A DNA stretch of 64,000 nucleotides from an uncultured Candidatus Saccharibacteria bacterium (GTDB lineage: Bacteria > Patescibacteriota > Minisyncoccia > UBA6257 > 1-14-0-10-44-23), in NCBI GenBank assembly GCA_964641225.1, contig CAZXKC010000001.1, forward strand, positions 23,268-87,267, read 5' to 3'. The notes under the pieces are model-generated. The model saw only the letters and a list, made by a program, of their open reading frames with translations, searched no databases and was not told the DNA's origin. Below, in pieces: positions 1-9,539 of this stretch. A program made the translations under genes and the position numbers. Positions within the stretch are counted from its first letter, which is position 1. Each line of letters begins with the position of its first letter.

Positions 1-690
1 CGCGGAAAAATTCTCAACGTTGAAAAGAGCCGCATCGACAAGATGCTGCTCAACAAAGAAATCAAATCGCTTGTGATTGCGCTCGGTACGGCGATCGCAG
101 AGTCGTTTGATCTGACCAAATTGCGGTACCACAAGATCATCATCATGACCGACGCTGACGTGGACGGTAGTCACATTCGAACGTTGCTTTTGACGCTCTT
201 CTATCGCTACTTCCCGCAACTCGTTGAGCAGGGGCACATTTATGCTGCCCAGCCGCCACTATACATGATTAATAAAGGAAAGGAGATTCGCTATGCTTAT
301 AAAGAGGCGGATAAGGATAAGATCATCAAAGAGTTGCTCGCGCTAAAAGCTGCGGCAAAGGCAGAGAAAAAGGCTAAGGCTGCAAAAGGTGAAGAAAAGA
401 CTGAAGAGGTAGCCGAAGAAATTCTCTCTGAAGCGGCATCCGCAGAATCAGTTGGTGAGGGAGAGCTTAAGGGTATTAAGCTCCAGCGCTTTAAGGGTCT
501 TGGAGAAATGAACGCCGACCAGCTTGGTGATACAACGATGAACCCGGAGAATCGCAAGCTCAAACAGATCACGATTGCTGACGCAAAAGATGCTGATCAC
601 TTGTTTGATATTTTGATGGGTGAGGAGGTTGCCCCGCGTGCAAAGTTTATTCAGAGCCACGCTCAGTACGTAAAAAATTTGGATATCTAG
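1..690 (+). CDS. gyrB: DNA gyrase subunit B, C-terminal part (5' partial). Carries a lineage-specific K/E/A-rich insertion before the GLGEMN motif.
   Basis: Translation from nt 1 gives [16 protein letters not shown]...[42 protein letters not shown]...KGLGEMN, the conserved Toprim and C-terminal GyrB motifs. The frame is open from the window edge. Confidence 0.85.
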   Translation, partial: RGKILNVEKSRIDKMLLNKEIKSLVIALGTAIAESFDLTKLRYHKIIIMTDADVDGSHIRTLLLTLFYRYFPQLVEQGHIYAAQPPLYMINKGKEIRYAYKEADKDKIIKELLALKAAAKAEKKAKAAKGEEKTEEVAEEILSEAASAESVGEGELKGIKLQRFKGLGEMNADQLGDTTMNPENRKLKQITIADAKDADHLFDILMGEEVAPRAKFIQSHAQYVKNLDI

Positions 691-845
691 TAAACCGCCC
701 GCATTTGGCGCATTTCTTTGTTGCTGCGCTGTGGCTCTCCTTCGTCGTACCCATGTGTACGCCTCAGTCGTTCCTCGCTTGCGCCTTGAACTGCATCCAA
801 ATGCGGGCGGTTTTAAACAGCGAGAGGGCGGCGCGACGGTCTTCG

Positions 846-1112
846 TCACGCAGCCCTCTCAAGTGCTTCTTCGGCCTCTTCCCGCATGTGATTGCGCATT
901 TCCTCGTCATCATCGAAGTACGGACGTTCGCAGTGTTGGTGGAATCTCCACACCCACGCGTGGCTACCTCGAGCCCAGACCTCTCGGATGTATCTTTCTC
1001 CGGGATAGATAGAGTCAGGGCAGTTCCAGCACTCGTACACTTTTCGTGCTACCGCCTCATACCACCAAAGGAGGCGGCTATATGGTTCACGCGTAACTCG
1101 CGGCTTGCGCAT
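846..1112 (-). CDS. Small Cys/His-containing hypothetical protein (88 aa) in a GC-elevated segment, convergent with gyrB.
   Basis: ORF with an AAAGGAGG-like RBS 6 nt upstream of the ATG (reverse complement of 1113-1125). CxxC and HxxC pairs. The overlapping plus-strand ORFs 705-1202 and 731-1012 lack an RBS and show no recognisable similarity. Confidence 0.45.
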   Translation of the reverse strand: MRKPRVTREPYSRLLWWYEAVARKVYECWNCPDSIYPGERYIREVWARGSHAWVWRFHQHCERPYFDDDEEMRNHMREEAEEALERAA

Positions 1113-1239
1113 GCGCGCCTCCTTTCGGGAGTTAGCTTATCGTATCTACCGGATTTTGACAATTTTTTCAGCTTCCTTTATAATCCCTGTAACGGACTGT
1201 GAGCTTAATCCCTCGCAGTTTTTTAAAACCCACAGAATT

Positions 1240-1425
1240 ATGAACAAGATCGCTGCATATTTTGCCGGTGCGCAACAGGAGTTTAAGCTCATTAAGTGGC
1301 CGACATTCATCGAGACCCGCAATTTAACGATTGTTGTTATCGGTGTTTCGCTCCTTATCGCTGTATTTTTGGGAATTTTTGATTATTTATTTACAACCGG
1401 GCTTACACAGGTAATTATTCAGTAA
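1240..1425 (+). CDS. secE: Preprotein translocase subunit SecE
   Basis: Single-TM 61-aa protein MNKIAAYFAGAQQEFKLIKWPTF...VVIGVSLLIAVFLGIFDYLF. It sits immediately upstream of nusG in the canonical order. Confidence 0.7.
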   Translation: MNKIAAYFAGAQQEFKLIKWPTFIETRNLTIVVIGVSLLIAVFLGIFDYLFTTGLTQVIIQ

Positions 1426-1426
1426 T

Positions 1427-1993
1427 ATGGAACCGCAGAACGAAGAAAAAGCAAAAATAAAACCGGCTCCGCGTCACTGGTATGCAGTGCACACGTATTC
1501 GGGTTATGAAGATGCTGTCACGCGTTACTTAAAGCAGCGCGTTGAGTCTTTAGAGATGGGCGACAAGATTTTTAATGTTATCGTTCCGAAAGAGAAAAAG
1601 ATCAAGATCAACAACGGGCGCCGCAAGGAGGTTGAAGAGAAGGTATACCCTGGATATGTTCTGGTAGACATGCTTCTGACTGATGATTCGTGGTACGTTG
1701 TGCGTAATACGCCGCGCGTAACCGGATTCGTTGGATCAGACAGCACCACGCCGACGCCGCTTTCACAGGCTGAGGTGGATGCGCTGATGGCAAAGATGGG
1801 CGGAGGCGACAAGAAGTTTACCGTTGATCTTAAGATTGGGGATATGGTCAAGATCACCGACGGTCCATTTAAGGATTATGACGGTAAGGTCAGTCAGGTG
1901 GACGAGAAGAGCGGCATGATCAAGGTGGTTATCGCAATTTTCGGTCGCGACACCGTGATGGAGCTCGACTCCTTGCAAGTTCACAAGCTTTAA
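1427..1993 (+). CDS. nusG: Transcription termination/antitermination factor NusG
   Basis: NGN domain (WYAVHTYSGYE) and a C-terminal KOW motif (KIGDMVKITDGPFKDYDGKV). Confidence 0.9.
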   Translation: MEPQNEEKAKIKPAPRHWYAVHTYSGYEDAVTRYLKQRVESLEMGDKIFNVIVPKEKKIKINNGRRKEVEEKVYPGYVLVDMLLTDDSWYVVRNTPRVTGFVGSDSTTPTPLSQAEVDALMAKMGGGDKKFTVDLKIGDMVKITDGPFKDYDGKVSQVDEKSGMIKVVIAIFGRDTVMELDSLQVHKL

Positions 1994-2017
1994 AGTAATA
2001 TAGTAACTCTTAAACGT

Positions 2018-2443
2018 ATGGCCGCTAAACCAGTAAAAGCAGTTGTAAAGCTCCACATCGAAGCCGGCAAGGCAAATCCTGCGCCGCCGATTGGTACCGC
2101 GCTTGGTCCGCAGGGTATTAACATCATGAATTTTTGTAAGGAGTTTAATGCTGCCACTGCAAAAATGTCTGGTGATGTGATCCCAGCTGTAATCACGATC
2201 TATGAAGACCGCAGCTTTACCTTTATCACCAAGACTCCGCCGGCTTCATCTCTCTTGAAGAAGCTTGCCGGAATCGAAAAGGGTGCCGGTAACCCGCTCC
2301 TTAACAAGGTGGGTAAGGTCACTAAGGCGCAGCTCCGCCAGATTGCCGAACAGAAGCTCGTTGACCTGAACACGACTGATATTGATAAGGCGATGAGGAC
2401 GATCGCAGGAACGGCGAAGAACATGGGAATAGAGGTTGTGTAG
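2018..2443 (+). CDS. rplK: 50S ribosomal protein L11
   Basis: [44 protein letters not shown] is the L11 signature. Confidence 0.9.
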   Translation: MAAKPVKAVVKLHIEAGKANPAPPIGTALGPQGINIMNFCKEFNAATAKMSGDVIPAVITIYEDRSFTFITKTPPASSLLKKLAGIEKGAGNPLLNKVGKVTKAQLRQIAEQKLVDLNTTDIDKAMRTIAGTAKNMGIEVV

Positions 2444-2477
2444 TCGCTACGAAATACGAACAATATACGAAAGTACA

Positions 2478-2516
2478 AAAACACAAACGGCGCCGGAAGG
2501 CGCCGTTTGTGTTTCA
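2478..2516 (+). terminator. Rho-independent terminator after rplK (16-bp GC-rich stem, GGAA loop).
   Basis: aaacacaaacggcgcc-ggaa-ggcgccgtttgtgttt is a perfect stem followed by a T-rich tract. Confidence 0.7.
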
Positions 2517-2545
2517 AGAAGAAATTGCTAGAATAGATGCACTAT

Positions 2546-3250
2546 ATGGCCAAGGGTAAGTTTATCGTAATTGAAGGAACGGACGGTTCAGGCAAGGCAA
2601 CGCAGACGCGGATGCTTGCAGAGCGTTTGGAGGCGGCAGGTTACCCTGTGCAGATATTTGATTTTCCGCAGTATTTTAAAACTTCGTCTGATTTCGTAAA
2701 AGCCTACCTGCAGGGCCGCTATGGAAGTATCAAGGAGGTGAGCGCTCAAAAGGCCTCTCTTTTGTACGCACTCGACCGGTTTGAGGCGGCTGCAGATATT
2801 CGTCGTGCACTTGATGAGGGCAAGATTGTCCTTGCTAACCGGTATGTCGCTTCAAACATGGGCCATCAGGGTGCAAAAATAAAATCAGCCGATGAACGGA
2901 TGCGATTTTTCCTGTGGGTGCAGGATTTAGAATTTAAAATTTTGGAAATTCCAAAGCCTGATTTAAATATCGTTTTGCATGTGCCCGCCATGGTCGCACA
3001 GGCGCTCGTTGATCAAAAAGTCGGCGAGGAGCGCGCCTATACCAAGGGCAAGGTGCGCGATATGCACGAATCAAATCTTCCGCATCTTAAAAAAGCTGAA
3101 ATGGTGTATCTTGAACTTGTGCGCCTGTTTCCAAAACAATTTACGATGCTTGAGTGCTATCGCCAGCAAAAGATGCTTTCAATGCAGCAGATTAATGAAA
3201 ATATCGTTGGCTTGGTGCGCAGCCGGCTCGGTATACAATTAGAAGTATGA
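2546..3250 (+). CDS. tmk: Thymidylate-kinase-family P-loop nucleoside/nucleotide kinase
   Basis: FIVIEGTDGSGKATQ P-loop in the dTMP-kinase pattern, plus lid-region arginines. The in-frame Met at 2546 was preferred over the ORF start at 2537. Confidence 0.6.
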   Translation: MAKGKFIVIEGTDGSGKATQTRMLAERLEAAGYPVQIFDFPQYFKTSSDFVKAYLQGRYGSIKEVSAQKASLLYALDRFEAAADIRRALDEGKIVLANRYVASNMGHQGAKIKSADERMRFFLWVQDLEFKILEIPKPDLNIVLHVPAMVAQALVDQKVGEERAYTKGKVRDMHESNLPHLKKAEMVYLELVRLFPKQFTMLECYRQQKMLSMQQINENIVGLVRSRLGIQLEV

Positions 3251-4707
3251 CGCTTATCCCAGTAATAGGACTTGAGGTACACGCGGAATTGAAGACGCGT
3301 ACAAAAATGTTTTGTGCGTGTTTAAACGATCCGAATGAAACCCAGCCAAACGTGAATATCTGTCCAGTGTGCATGGCGTACCCGGGTGCATTGCCCGTGG
3401 CTAACAGGGCGGCGATTGAGAGCATGGTTAAGATTGGTATGGCTGTTGGCGGCGAGATTCCGGCGCTGTCTAAGTTTGACCGTAAAAATTATTTCTATCC
3501 CGATATTCCAAAGGGCTATCAGATTTCACAATATGACGTGCCCTTTGTATTTGGCGGTAGCTTGAAGGGGGTGAAGCTCACGCGCGTGCATTTGGAGGAG
3601 GATACAGCCAGCTCAACGCACCAGAAGGATGCCAGCGGCAAAGAGGTGACGCTCGTTGATTTTAACCGCGCCGGGTTACCACTAATGGAGCTCGTCACTG
3701 AGCCGGATATTCGGGATACGAAAAAAATAGGGGAGTTTGGGCGCGAGCTGCAGTTGTTGCTGCGCTACCTTGGCGTGTCTGATGCAGATATGGAAAAGGG
3801 GCAGATGCGTGTGGAGGTGAACTTGTCGCTCGGTACGATTGTGGACGGCGAGTTAAAATTTGGTACGAAAGTGGAGGTTAAAAATATCGCCTCATTTAAT
3901 ATGGCCGAACGCGCTGCGGAATATGAGATTAAACGACAGACTGAAATTTTAGAGGCGGGTGGAAAGATTGAACAAGAGACGCGCGGCTGGGACGATCCTC
4001 GTCAGAGAACGGTCAGCCAGCGCAAAAAAGAGAGCAGTCATGATTACCGCTATTTTCCGGAGCCTGATTTGCCGCCAGTTGATTTAGCTCAATTTGATTT
4101 TAAGGCGCTACGACTCTCTTTGCCGGAATTGCCCCCGGCAAAACGCGTGCGACTTGCGAGTGAATATGGTTTGAGTGCTGAGCAGATTGAGGTGCTTGTA
4201 TTTGATCGCGCGATCGCAGGGTTTTTTGAAAGTGTCGTTTCAGAATTAAAAGAAGAGTTAAAGGAGGCATTTAATCCGAAAAAGCATGTATCGTTGGCCG
4301 TAAATTATCTAACAAGCGACTTGAAAGGATTAATGGTGGCTGCAGAGGTTACTGATCCGGCAATGACTAAAGTTGCAGCTGAGAATCTTGCTGATCTTGT
4401 GATTTTGGTGGCATCGGACAAAATCACGAGCCGAGTAGCTAAGGATGTTCTTAAAAAAATGTTTGAGACGGGTGGCGACCCCAACGTCATCATTAAGGAG
4501 CAAGGCCTTGAACAAGTTTCCGATGAAGCGAGCCTTATTCCGGTCTGTCAGCAACTTATTGATGCAAACCCGGGCCCAGCGGCTGATTTTAAGGCCGGTA
4601 AAGAGGCGGCACTGATGTTTTTTGTCGGCCGTGCTATGGGCCAGCTCAAGGGCAAGGGTAACCCAGCCGTTCTTCAAAAGCTCTTTAGAGAACTGCTGAG
4701 TAAATAA
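3247..4707 (+). CDS. gatB: Asp/Glu-tRNA(Asn/Gln) amidotransferase subunit B
   Basis: N-terminal IGLEVHAELKTRTKMFC...CPVCMAYPGALP and the C-terminal GatB/YqeY helical domain. Confidence 0.9.
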   Translation: MTLIPVIGLEVHAELKTRTKMFCACLNDPNETQPNVNICPVCMAYPGALPVANRAAIESMVKIGMAVGGEIPALSKFDRKNYFYPDIPKGYQISQYDVPFVFGGSLKGVKLTRVHLEEDTASSTHQKDASGKEVTLVDFNRAGLPLMELVTEPDIRDTKKIGEFGRELQLLLRYLGVSDADMEKGQMRVEVNLSLGTIVDGELKFGTKVEVKNIASFNMAERAAEYEIKRQTEILEAGGKIEQETRGWDDPRQRTVSQRKKESSHDYRYFPEPDLPPVDLAQFDFKALRLSLPELPPAKRVRLASEYGLSAEQIEVLVFDRAIAGFFESVVSELKEELKEAFNPKKHVSLAVNYLTSDLKGLMVAAEVTDPAMTKVAAENLADLVILVASDKITSRVAKDVLKKMFETGGDPNVIIKEQGLEQVSDEASLIPVCQQLIDANPGPAADFKAGKEAALMFFVGRAMGQLKGKGNPAVLQKLFRELLSK

Positions 4708-4711
4708 GTTT

Positions 4712-4912
4712 CTAAAACAGGGACTGGTAGCTGGTCAGCGTCCCTATAAATTTAGGTATTGCAAATACAAGTCCGAGAAGTGGTAAGACGATTACGGCTA
4801 TGCTGATGATCATTGTCCAGAGGAGATATTTACGTGTTTTGTTTGCAGCCGCATAGGTTGCGTCGATTTTTTGTTCAAGCGTCGTTAGGCGCTGCTGAAG
4901 TTCTGGGTCCAT
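4712..4912 (-). CDS. Small membrane protein (66 aa), hypothetical
   Basis: ORF with one strongly hydrophobic helix (LLWTMIISIAVIVLPLLGLVFAI). Confidence 0.35.
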   Translation of the reverse strand: MDPELQQRLTTLEQKIDATYAAANKTRKYLLWTMIISIAVIVLPLLGLVFAIPKFIGTLTSYQSLF

Positions 4913-4932
4913 GTGTTTAGTGTAGCTCTGTT

Positions 4933-5439
4933 TTATAGATTACGCGAATCAATTGCCCAGTGCAGAAGAGCTTGTCGTTGGCGTGGCCTGCAAGAAAAGT
5001 CGCCGGGCCGGCACGCGTTAGTTAGTTGTGCGATATGACGTCCGATCGCCTTCCAGCGTTTAATCTGCCGCATATCGTCAGCGCCGCGTCTACCCATGTA
5101 ATACCGGCAATACCACTGAAACCAGCCGCGTGGATCATCGGGGTGAATCCAGTGTTTCTTACGCCAGATATCAAGTGGCTGCGAGGCGCGCACTTTAAAA
5201 AAGTTAATCTTTGGATCGTGTTTGAGCGGAGAGAGTTTCGCGTGCGTAAACCAATTTTTTGGAAATTCGTCTGCGCAATCAGTCATGTATTTACCGCCAA
5301 ATACGCCAAGGGCAAGCATCTCTGGTGGCGTTAGGTGTGGCTTAAATTGGGGATCAAAATGTGTACCAACCGGCACTGTGCGGTAGTAGACATATTGTTG
5401 TTGCATCAAGTCGTGTACAACGACTTTGACTGGTTTCAT
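4933..5439 (-). CDS. Conserved hypothetical protein (168 aa)
   Basis: Long ORF in a Trp/His-rich, non-low-complexity sequence. Family not recognised. Confidence 0.45.
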   Translation of the reverse strand: MKPVKVVVHDLMQQQYVYYRTVPVGTHFDPQFKPHLTPPEMLALGVFGGKYMTDCADEFPKNWFTHAKLSPLKHDPKINFFKVRASQPLDIWRKKHWIHPDDPRGWFQWYCRYYMGRRGADDMRQIKRWKAIGRHIAQLTNACRPGDFSCRPRQRQALLHWAIDSRNL

Positions 5440-5735
5440 CGGTGCTTATTTTCTTTAGCGAATTTTTTCTGAGCCTCTTGTGCGATTGCGATGCATTCTT
5501 CGGGATCGTAGCCCAGGTCATCACACCAGCGAATCGTTGAGAAAATCATATTGCCAAGTTCTTTTTTTAGGTCTGCATCAGTATGAGTTGTCGCATCTTT
5601 TTCTGCACCACGCTCCCAGCGACACATATCACCAAGGTTTTTACCCATGCGGACGATAATCTGGGCGAGAGTTAATTTTTCGTTGTCCCAAATATCCCGC
5701 GATTCTTTGAGTAATCCTTTGATATCCATGTGCAC
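5436..5735 (-). CDS. MazG-like nucleotide pyrophosphohydrolase (small single-domain type)
   Basis: ~100 aa all-alpha protein with EExGE/D-rich helices (LGDMCRWERGAEKD...ELGNMIFSTIRWCDDLGYDPEEC), typical of the MazG/HisE fold. Start overlaps the next gene. Confidence 0.55.
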   Translation of the reverse strand: MHMDIKGLLKESRDIWDNEKLTLAQIIVRMGKNLGDMCRWERGAEKDATTHTDADLKKELGNMIFSTIRWCDDLGYDPEECIAIAQEAQKKFAKENKHR

Positions 5736-5995
5736 TACTTTTTGTCTTTGCTGATAACGCGATCTATTAAGAAAAGAGCTACTCCGATGATAATTGTTAG
5801 AACAACTGCATAAACAAATTTTGCGAGGATTGAATCGGCGCCATCTGGAAAGAGAGATTTAATCAAAGAGGAGATTGCATCATTCCACGCCAGACCGATT
5901 ACCAATCCAAGAGCAGTGCCGATATACGTGAACATTCGACGTTGAACATCTTTCCGGGCCTCTGCGAGCGTACTTGTTTGTTTTTGTTCATCCAT
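5735..5995 (-). CDS. Small two-TM membrane protein (86 aa), hypothetical
   Basis: Two hydrophobic helices. Translationally coupled to the MazG-like gene. Confidence 0.4.
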   Translation of the reverse strand: MDEQKQTSTLAEARKDVQRRMFTYIGTALGLVIGLAWNDAISSLIKSLFPDGADSILAKFVYAVVLTIIIGVALFLIDRVISKDKK

Positions 5996-6180
5996 ATGTA
6001 GGTTAGTATAGCATTTTGCTTTGCCTATTGAAAAAAGCCCTTTCTAGTAGTACTATTGAGCAACAATTTAATATTCCGTCGTAAGCCCGTCGGGCTTTGC
6101 CCGAATCGGGGCGGGTTTGTCACTATCAGTTGCGGCTCCGCCGCTTTGTAGCCGTCCGCCAAAGGCGGACCGTGATAGTT

Positions 6181-6215
6181 CAGGTAGAACGCCTCGCTGC
6201 GGATTTCGGCTTTTT
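6181..6215 (+). other. Degenerate tRNA-Asn 5'-half-like fragment immediately upstream of the intact tRNA
   Basis: gatagttcaggtagaacgcctcgctg repeats the D arm and the 5' anticodon stem of the adjacent tRNA with a 1-nt deletion, then diverges. Confidence 0.4.
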
Positions 6216-6226
6216 ATTTTTTACAT

Positions 6227-6299
6227 TCCGGAGTAGTTCAGTGGTAGAACGCCTCGCTGTTAACGAGGATGTCGTAGGTTCGATCCCTACCTCCGGAGC
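6227..6299 (+). tRNA. tRNA-Asn (anticodon GTT)
   Basis: Cloverleaf read directly: acceptor tccggag/ctccgga, D arm tagttcagtggtagaac, anticodon stem cctcg/cgagg with loop ctGTTaa, T arm ggttcgatccc. CCA is not encoded. Confidence 0.8.
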
Positions 6300-7768
6300 C
6301 CGATAGTTAAGTCAGCGGTAGAAAGGATGGTATTAAAGGGTTTTCGCAAGGAAAACACTAGCTTTTTGCCGTCTAGCGACGGGTTCTGAAGTAAGAAGTT
6401 CAAAAATTGCCGTTTTTCAGGCACATCAGAACTCTTAAATATCTCAAGTGCCCGTTTTGCTAGGTTGAATATAGTGTTTGCCGTGATGTAGAACTCTTCG
6501 TCAGCATCGGAATGAATACGCATATCAGTAAGCAGTTCGGCTTGGCGGTCCTTGAACTCGCGGAACTTCTTGTCATACATTTCAGCGGTAATACAGCCGT
6601 CCAGCTTGTCATTGTACATTTTGCTGATGCGGTCCTCTATCGTGTCGTATTCTTTTTTCAAGTTGGTCATACTGACCTTGTGAAATGATGCCTCGCTATT
6701 GCCCATAGACCGCAGCCCTTCGGTTATTTCTTTGATACGCTCATCTGGCATCTGAATGTTGCCCAAAATCTCGTAGATGGGTTTCAGGAGCTCGCTTTCA
6801 GGCACATACGCACGCTTACACTGCTTTCGGTAATTAGTGCAGCTGTAGTAAATAAATGTGCGTCCGCTCTTTTTTGTTTTCATTTCAGGGCTGACGCCAC
6901 AGCCACATTTTGCACATTTAATTAGGCCACGGAAAATGAACGGCTTAGCAGCGAATTGAAATGGCTTTTTGTTCCAACTCTTACGTACCTCTTCGCACTT
7001 CTCAAAAAGCTCTCTAGCAATCAGATTGCCGTAGTTATGTGTATTCTCTCGTCCTTTATATCGCATCAGGCCACAGCAGAAAGGGTCTTGCAAGATATGT
7101 GCGACCATACTGATTGATAATGGCGTATCTTGAGCACTTTTCAGGCCGAGCTTAAACATCGCTTTGCGAATGATGTGATGCGAGCTATTACCCGTTGCAT
7201 ACATCTCAAACATTTTTGCAACGAGTGGGCCATCGTGTTCATCTATCTCAATAGTATGCTTGCCATCAACGCTAACAACATTTTTGTATCCTCTAGGAGC
7301 TTTGCTCGGCCATTCGTGATTATCAAACTTCTGCGTTAAGCTACGCTTCACGTCATCTGATAAGCGATTAAGGTACTGCTTAGCAAGAAATACCTTTGCT
7401 TCCCACATAAACATCTGGTTGCCCGTGGCTTCTTTATTGATGAAGAAACCATCTTTGACGAAGTGGATTTCTAGTCCCTCGTCTCGTCGCATCACGTCTA
7501 GGTCTACGGCATCCTTAAAATTGCGGGTAGCTCGGTCTACGTTTTCGCAGAGCAGGACCTTGATATTGTGTTTGCGAATATAGGCGATGACTTCTTCAAA
7601 CTTCTTACGGATTTTTGGGCCAGCACTTTCCGAGAAGCAAAACTCTTTAACTACTTCAAAGCCCTTTTTGGCGGCATACTTTCGCAAACTATCAATCTGG
7701 GCGGGCAGCGAGCGTCCCGTTTCTTCCTGCTCTTTCGTTGATACTCTCGCTAGAATGATTGCTTTCAT
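6287..7768 (-). CDS. Large serine recombinase (resolvase/invertase-type catalytic domain, recombinase domain and zinc ribbon)
   Basis: N-terminal MKAIILARVSTKEQ...GRSLPAQ is the catalytic Ser motif. A long C-terminal extension carries a CxxC...C cluster. The 3' end overlaps the tRNA-Asn 3' end by ~12 nt on the opposite strand. Confidence 0.85.
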   Translation of the reverse strand: MKAIILARVSTKEQEETGRSLPAQIDSLRKYAAKKGFEVVKEFCFSESAGPKIRKKFEEVIAYIRKHNIKVLLCENVDRATRNFKDAVDLDVMRRDEGLEIHFVKDGFFINKEATGNQMFMWEAKVFLAKQYLNRLSDDVKRSLTQKFDNHEWPSKAPRGYKNVVSVDGKHTIEIDEHDGPLVAKMFEMYATGNSSHHIIRKAMFKLGLKSAQDTPLSISMVAHILQDPFCCGLMRYKGRENTHNYGNLIARELFEKCEEVRKSWNKKPFQFAAKPFIFRGLIKCAKCGCGVSPEMKTKKSGRTFIYYSCTNYRKQCKRAYVPESELLKPIYEILGNIQMPDERIKEITEGLRSMGNSEASFHKVSMTNLKKEYDTIEDRISKMYNDKLDGCITAEMYDKKFREFKDRQAELLTDMRIHSDADEEFYITANTIFNLAKRALEIFKSSDVPEKRQFLNFLLQNPSLDGKKLVFSLRKPFNTILSTADLTIGLRR

Positions 7769-7771
7769 AAT

Positions 7772-7948
7772 TTATTTTGTACTGACTTTTTTCAAGAACC
7801 CGTCAAACTCTTTTTTTCCGATACGAAACTCTTTGCCGATTTTATACGCTTTAAGCTTGCCTGCTTTGATATAGCGGTAGATTGTCATCACGTTAACGCG
7901 TAGTTTTGCTGCAAGTTCTTCTGCGAGATAAAAGTCGTGTTTAGTCAT
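7772..7948 (-). CDS. Helix-turn-helix excisionase/AlpA-like DNA-binding protein (58 aa), not in the ORF track because it is under 60 aa
   Basis: Reverse-strand translation gives MTKHDFYLAEELAAKLRVNVMTIYRYIKAGKLKAYKIGKEFRIGKKEFDGFLKKVSTK, a classic HTH_17/excisionase pattern. It lies directly upstream of the recombinase. Confidence 0.55.
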   Translation of the reverse strand: MTKHDFYLAEELAAKLRVNVMTIYRYIKAGKLKAYKIGKEFRIGKKEFDGFLKKVSTK

Positions 7949-8181
7949 AGCTTATTTGGTTTAATTATACTTTACAATGCTTTACAGTGCAAATCTAAGA
8001 AGTGGACAACCGTTTCCTTGCAATTCCCATTTTGATTAACCTAGAGCGTTGCCTGCTATATTCTAACGCTAGCTCTTTTTTCACGCCTTCCATAAAGAAA
8101 TCTACCGTCAAGACCTTCTTAGCTCGTTGTTGTTTTTTGTTCATAGTCGTCAATAATTATTGTTTAATGCTCCCATCCCTT

Positions 8182-9333
8182 CTATGGAGGGTGTCGCCAA
8201 GAGGACGGCGTTTCTATTGGACCAGCTCGTATGCGGAACGGCTTAAAACCATTAAGACTGTTGGCCACCTGCTTTACCCAGCCGTCATAGTTTTTATTTG
8301 AAATATCATCAATGAACTGAAGGTCTTTCGCGATGCGATACCACGTGCGGGTTGCTGCATACTTCTCAACGATTGCCCGCGTCTCTCGTATTCCTTCCTT
8401 GCTTAACGCTCGCAGCCCGACCAGATAGACTGCTTCCCTTGGTTTAATATTTGGTCTGTTTTTGAAAATCCGTTCCAAAGTTTTTTTTGGACTGCTGGCT
8501 ATATCAAACAGGAACATATTTTTGCCCGCTATAAGCTCCTGCCAATAGCTCAGTAGCACCTTCTGGCAAAGGGCCTCGTTGAACACATCCCTAAACGTTG
8601 GATTTTCCTTTAGGCCGAGCTGCTTCAGCACAGCATTGAGCTTTACCTTTTTCGCGAGCCGAACCTCAATCCGTAAAAGCTCTTTGTGCTCGCTCTTCGC
8701 TAGAACATCAAAGAGCGAACGCTGGACTTTATTTTGGTCCTTATCCATCGCTCGCTTCTCAGGCTTCTTGAGGTCTTGCACCTTGTCGTATATCACTAAT
8801 GAATGTGAGTTGGCATAAAACTGTAGCGATTGTCCGTCGTTGCGGAAGCTATCGCGGTTAAGGTCTAACTTCTTACTTACATCAACCTTATTTAATTCTT
8901 TAATAACAAAGGCCGACGTGTAGCCGTTGGTCAGTGGTATATTTTTTGAGGGATGGAATGCGGAGACCGAACCAGCTTCAATGTTCTTTTTCAGCACGTG
9001 TACGCCCATCTCAAAGAGTGCGTGTGTTAAGCACTCAACGACGGCATCAAAGTCGCTCTCTTGGACCTCATCCACGTTGTTGCCAAAGACCATTTTTGCG
9101 ACAGAAAACTCAATTTTGAGCGGTATTTGAATACCGTTTTCTGTCATCCTTTTCATCAGGGTCATTCGTGGCCGATACTTGCCCTTTTTCTTGTCCGAGG
9201 CGGTTGGGTTGTTCATACACTTCACTAGAAAATTACCTGAGCTATTAAGGATGTCGGCGTTAGGAGCAAACATATTCGGCTTAAGGATGCGATATTGGCC
9301 TTTAGGGATTGTGAGGATAACGGTGTCTAGCAT
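8182..9333 (-). CDS. Hypothetical protein (383 aa). Possibly the replication or mobilisation protein of the integrative element.
   Basis: Long ORF in island context next to the recombinase and excisionase. No motif was securely recognised, so the function is inference only. Confidence 0.45.
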   Translation of the reverse strand: MLDTVILTIPKGQYRILKPNMFAPNADILNSSGNFLVKCMNNPTASDKKKGKYRPRMTLMKRMTENGIQIPLKIEFSVAKMVFGNNVDEVQESDFDAVVECLTHALFEMGVHVLKKNIEAGSVSAFHPSKNIPLTNGYTSAFVIKELNKVDVSKKLDLNRDSFRNDGQSLQFYANSHSLVIYDKVQDLKKPEKRAMDKDQNKVQRSLFDVLAKSEHKELLRIEVRLAKKVKLNAVLKQLGLKENPTFRDVFNEALCQKVLLSYWQELIAGKNMFLFDIASSPKKTLERIFKNRPNIKPREAVYLVGLRALSKEGIRETRAIVEKYAATRTWYRIAKDLQFIDDISNKNYDGWVKQVANSLNGFKPFRIRAGPIETPSSWRHPP

Positions 9334-9539
9334 ACGGGTAAGTCATCGTCTGTTCGCTTGTATCGGTCAGGATTGACCCGCTTATCAACCTTTAACGCCA
9401 AAGCAAAGAAGCCGAGCAGGTTGCGGCGTTCATCTTCGGTTAGGTCTTTAACGGACCAATCCGTTGGATTTTTTTCGGGTAGAGCGGACATAAAATAGCC
9501 TGATGGGTTCAGGCTACTGTATGCCTCACTTAAGTTTGC

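Noticed and set aside
297-849. Minus-strand ORFs 297-572 and 448-849 overlapping gyrB
   Set aside because: Antisense to a confidently identified conserved gene, with low-complexity Ser/Ala-rich translations.
6097-6306. Plus-strand 69-aa ORF covering tRNA-Asn
   Set aside because: The region is RNA: a tRNA and a tRNA-like fragment.
7995-8144. 49-aa basic minus-strand ORF (MNKKQQRAKKVLTVDFFMEGVKKELALEYS...) between the excisionase-like gene and the 383-aa gene
   Set aside because: Plausible, but too short and featureless to call with no RBS evidence. Left unannotated.
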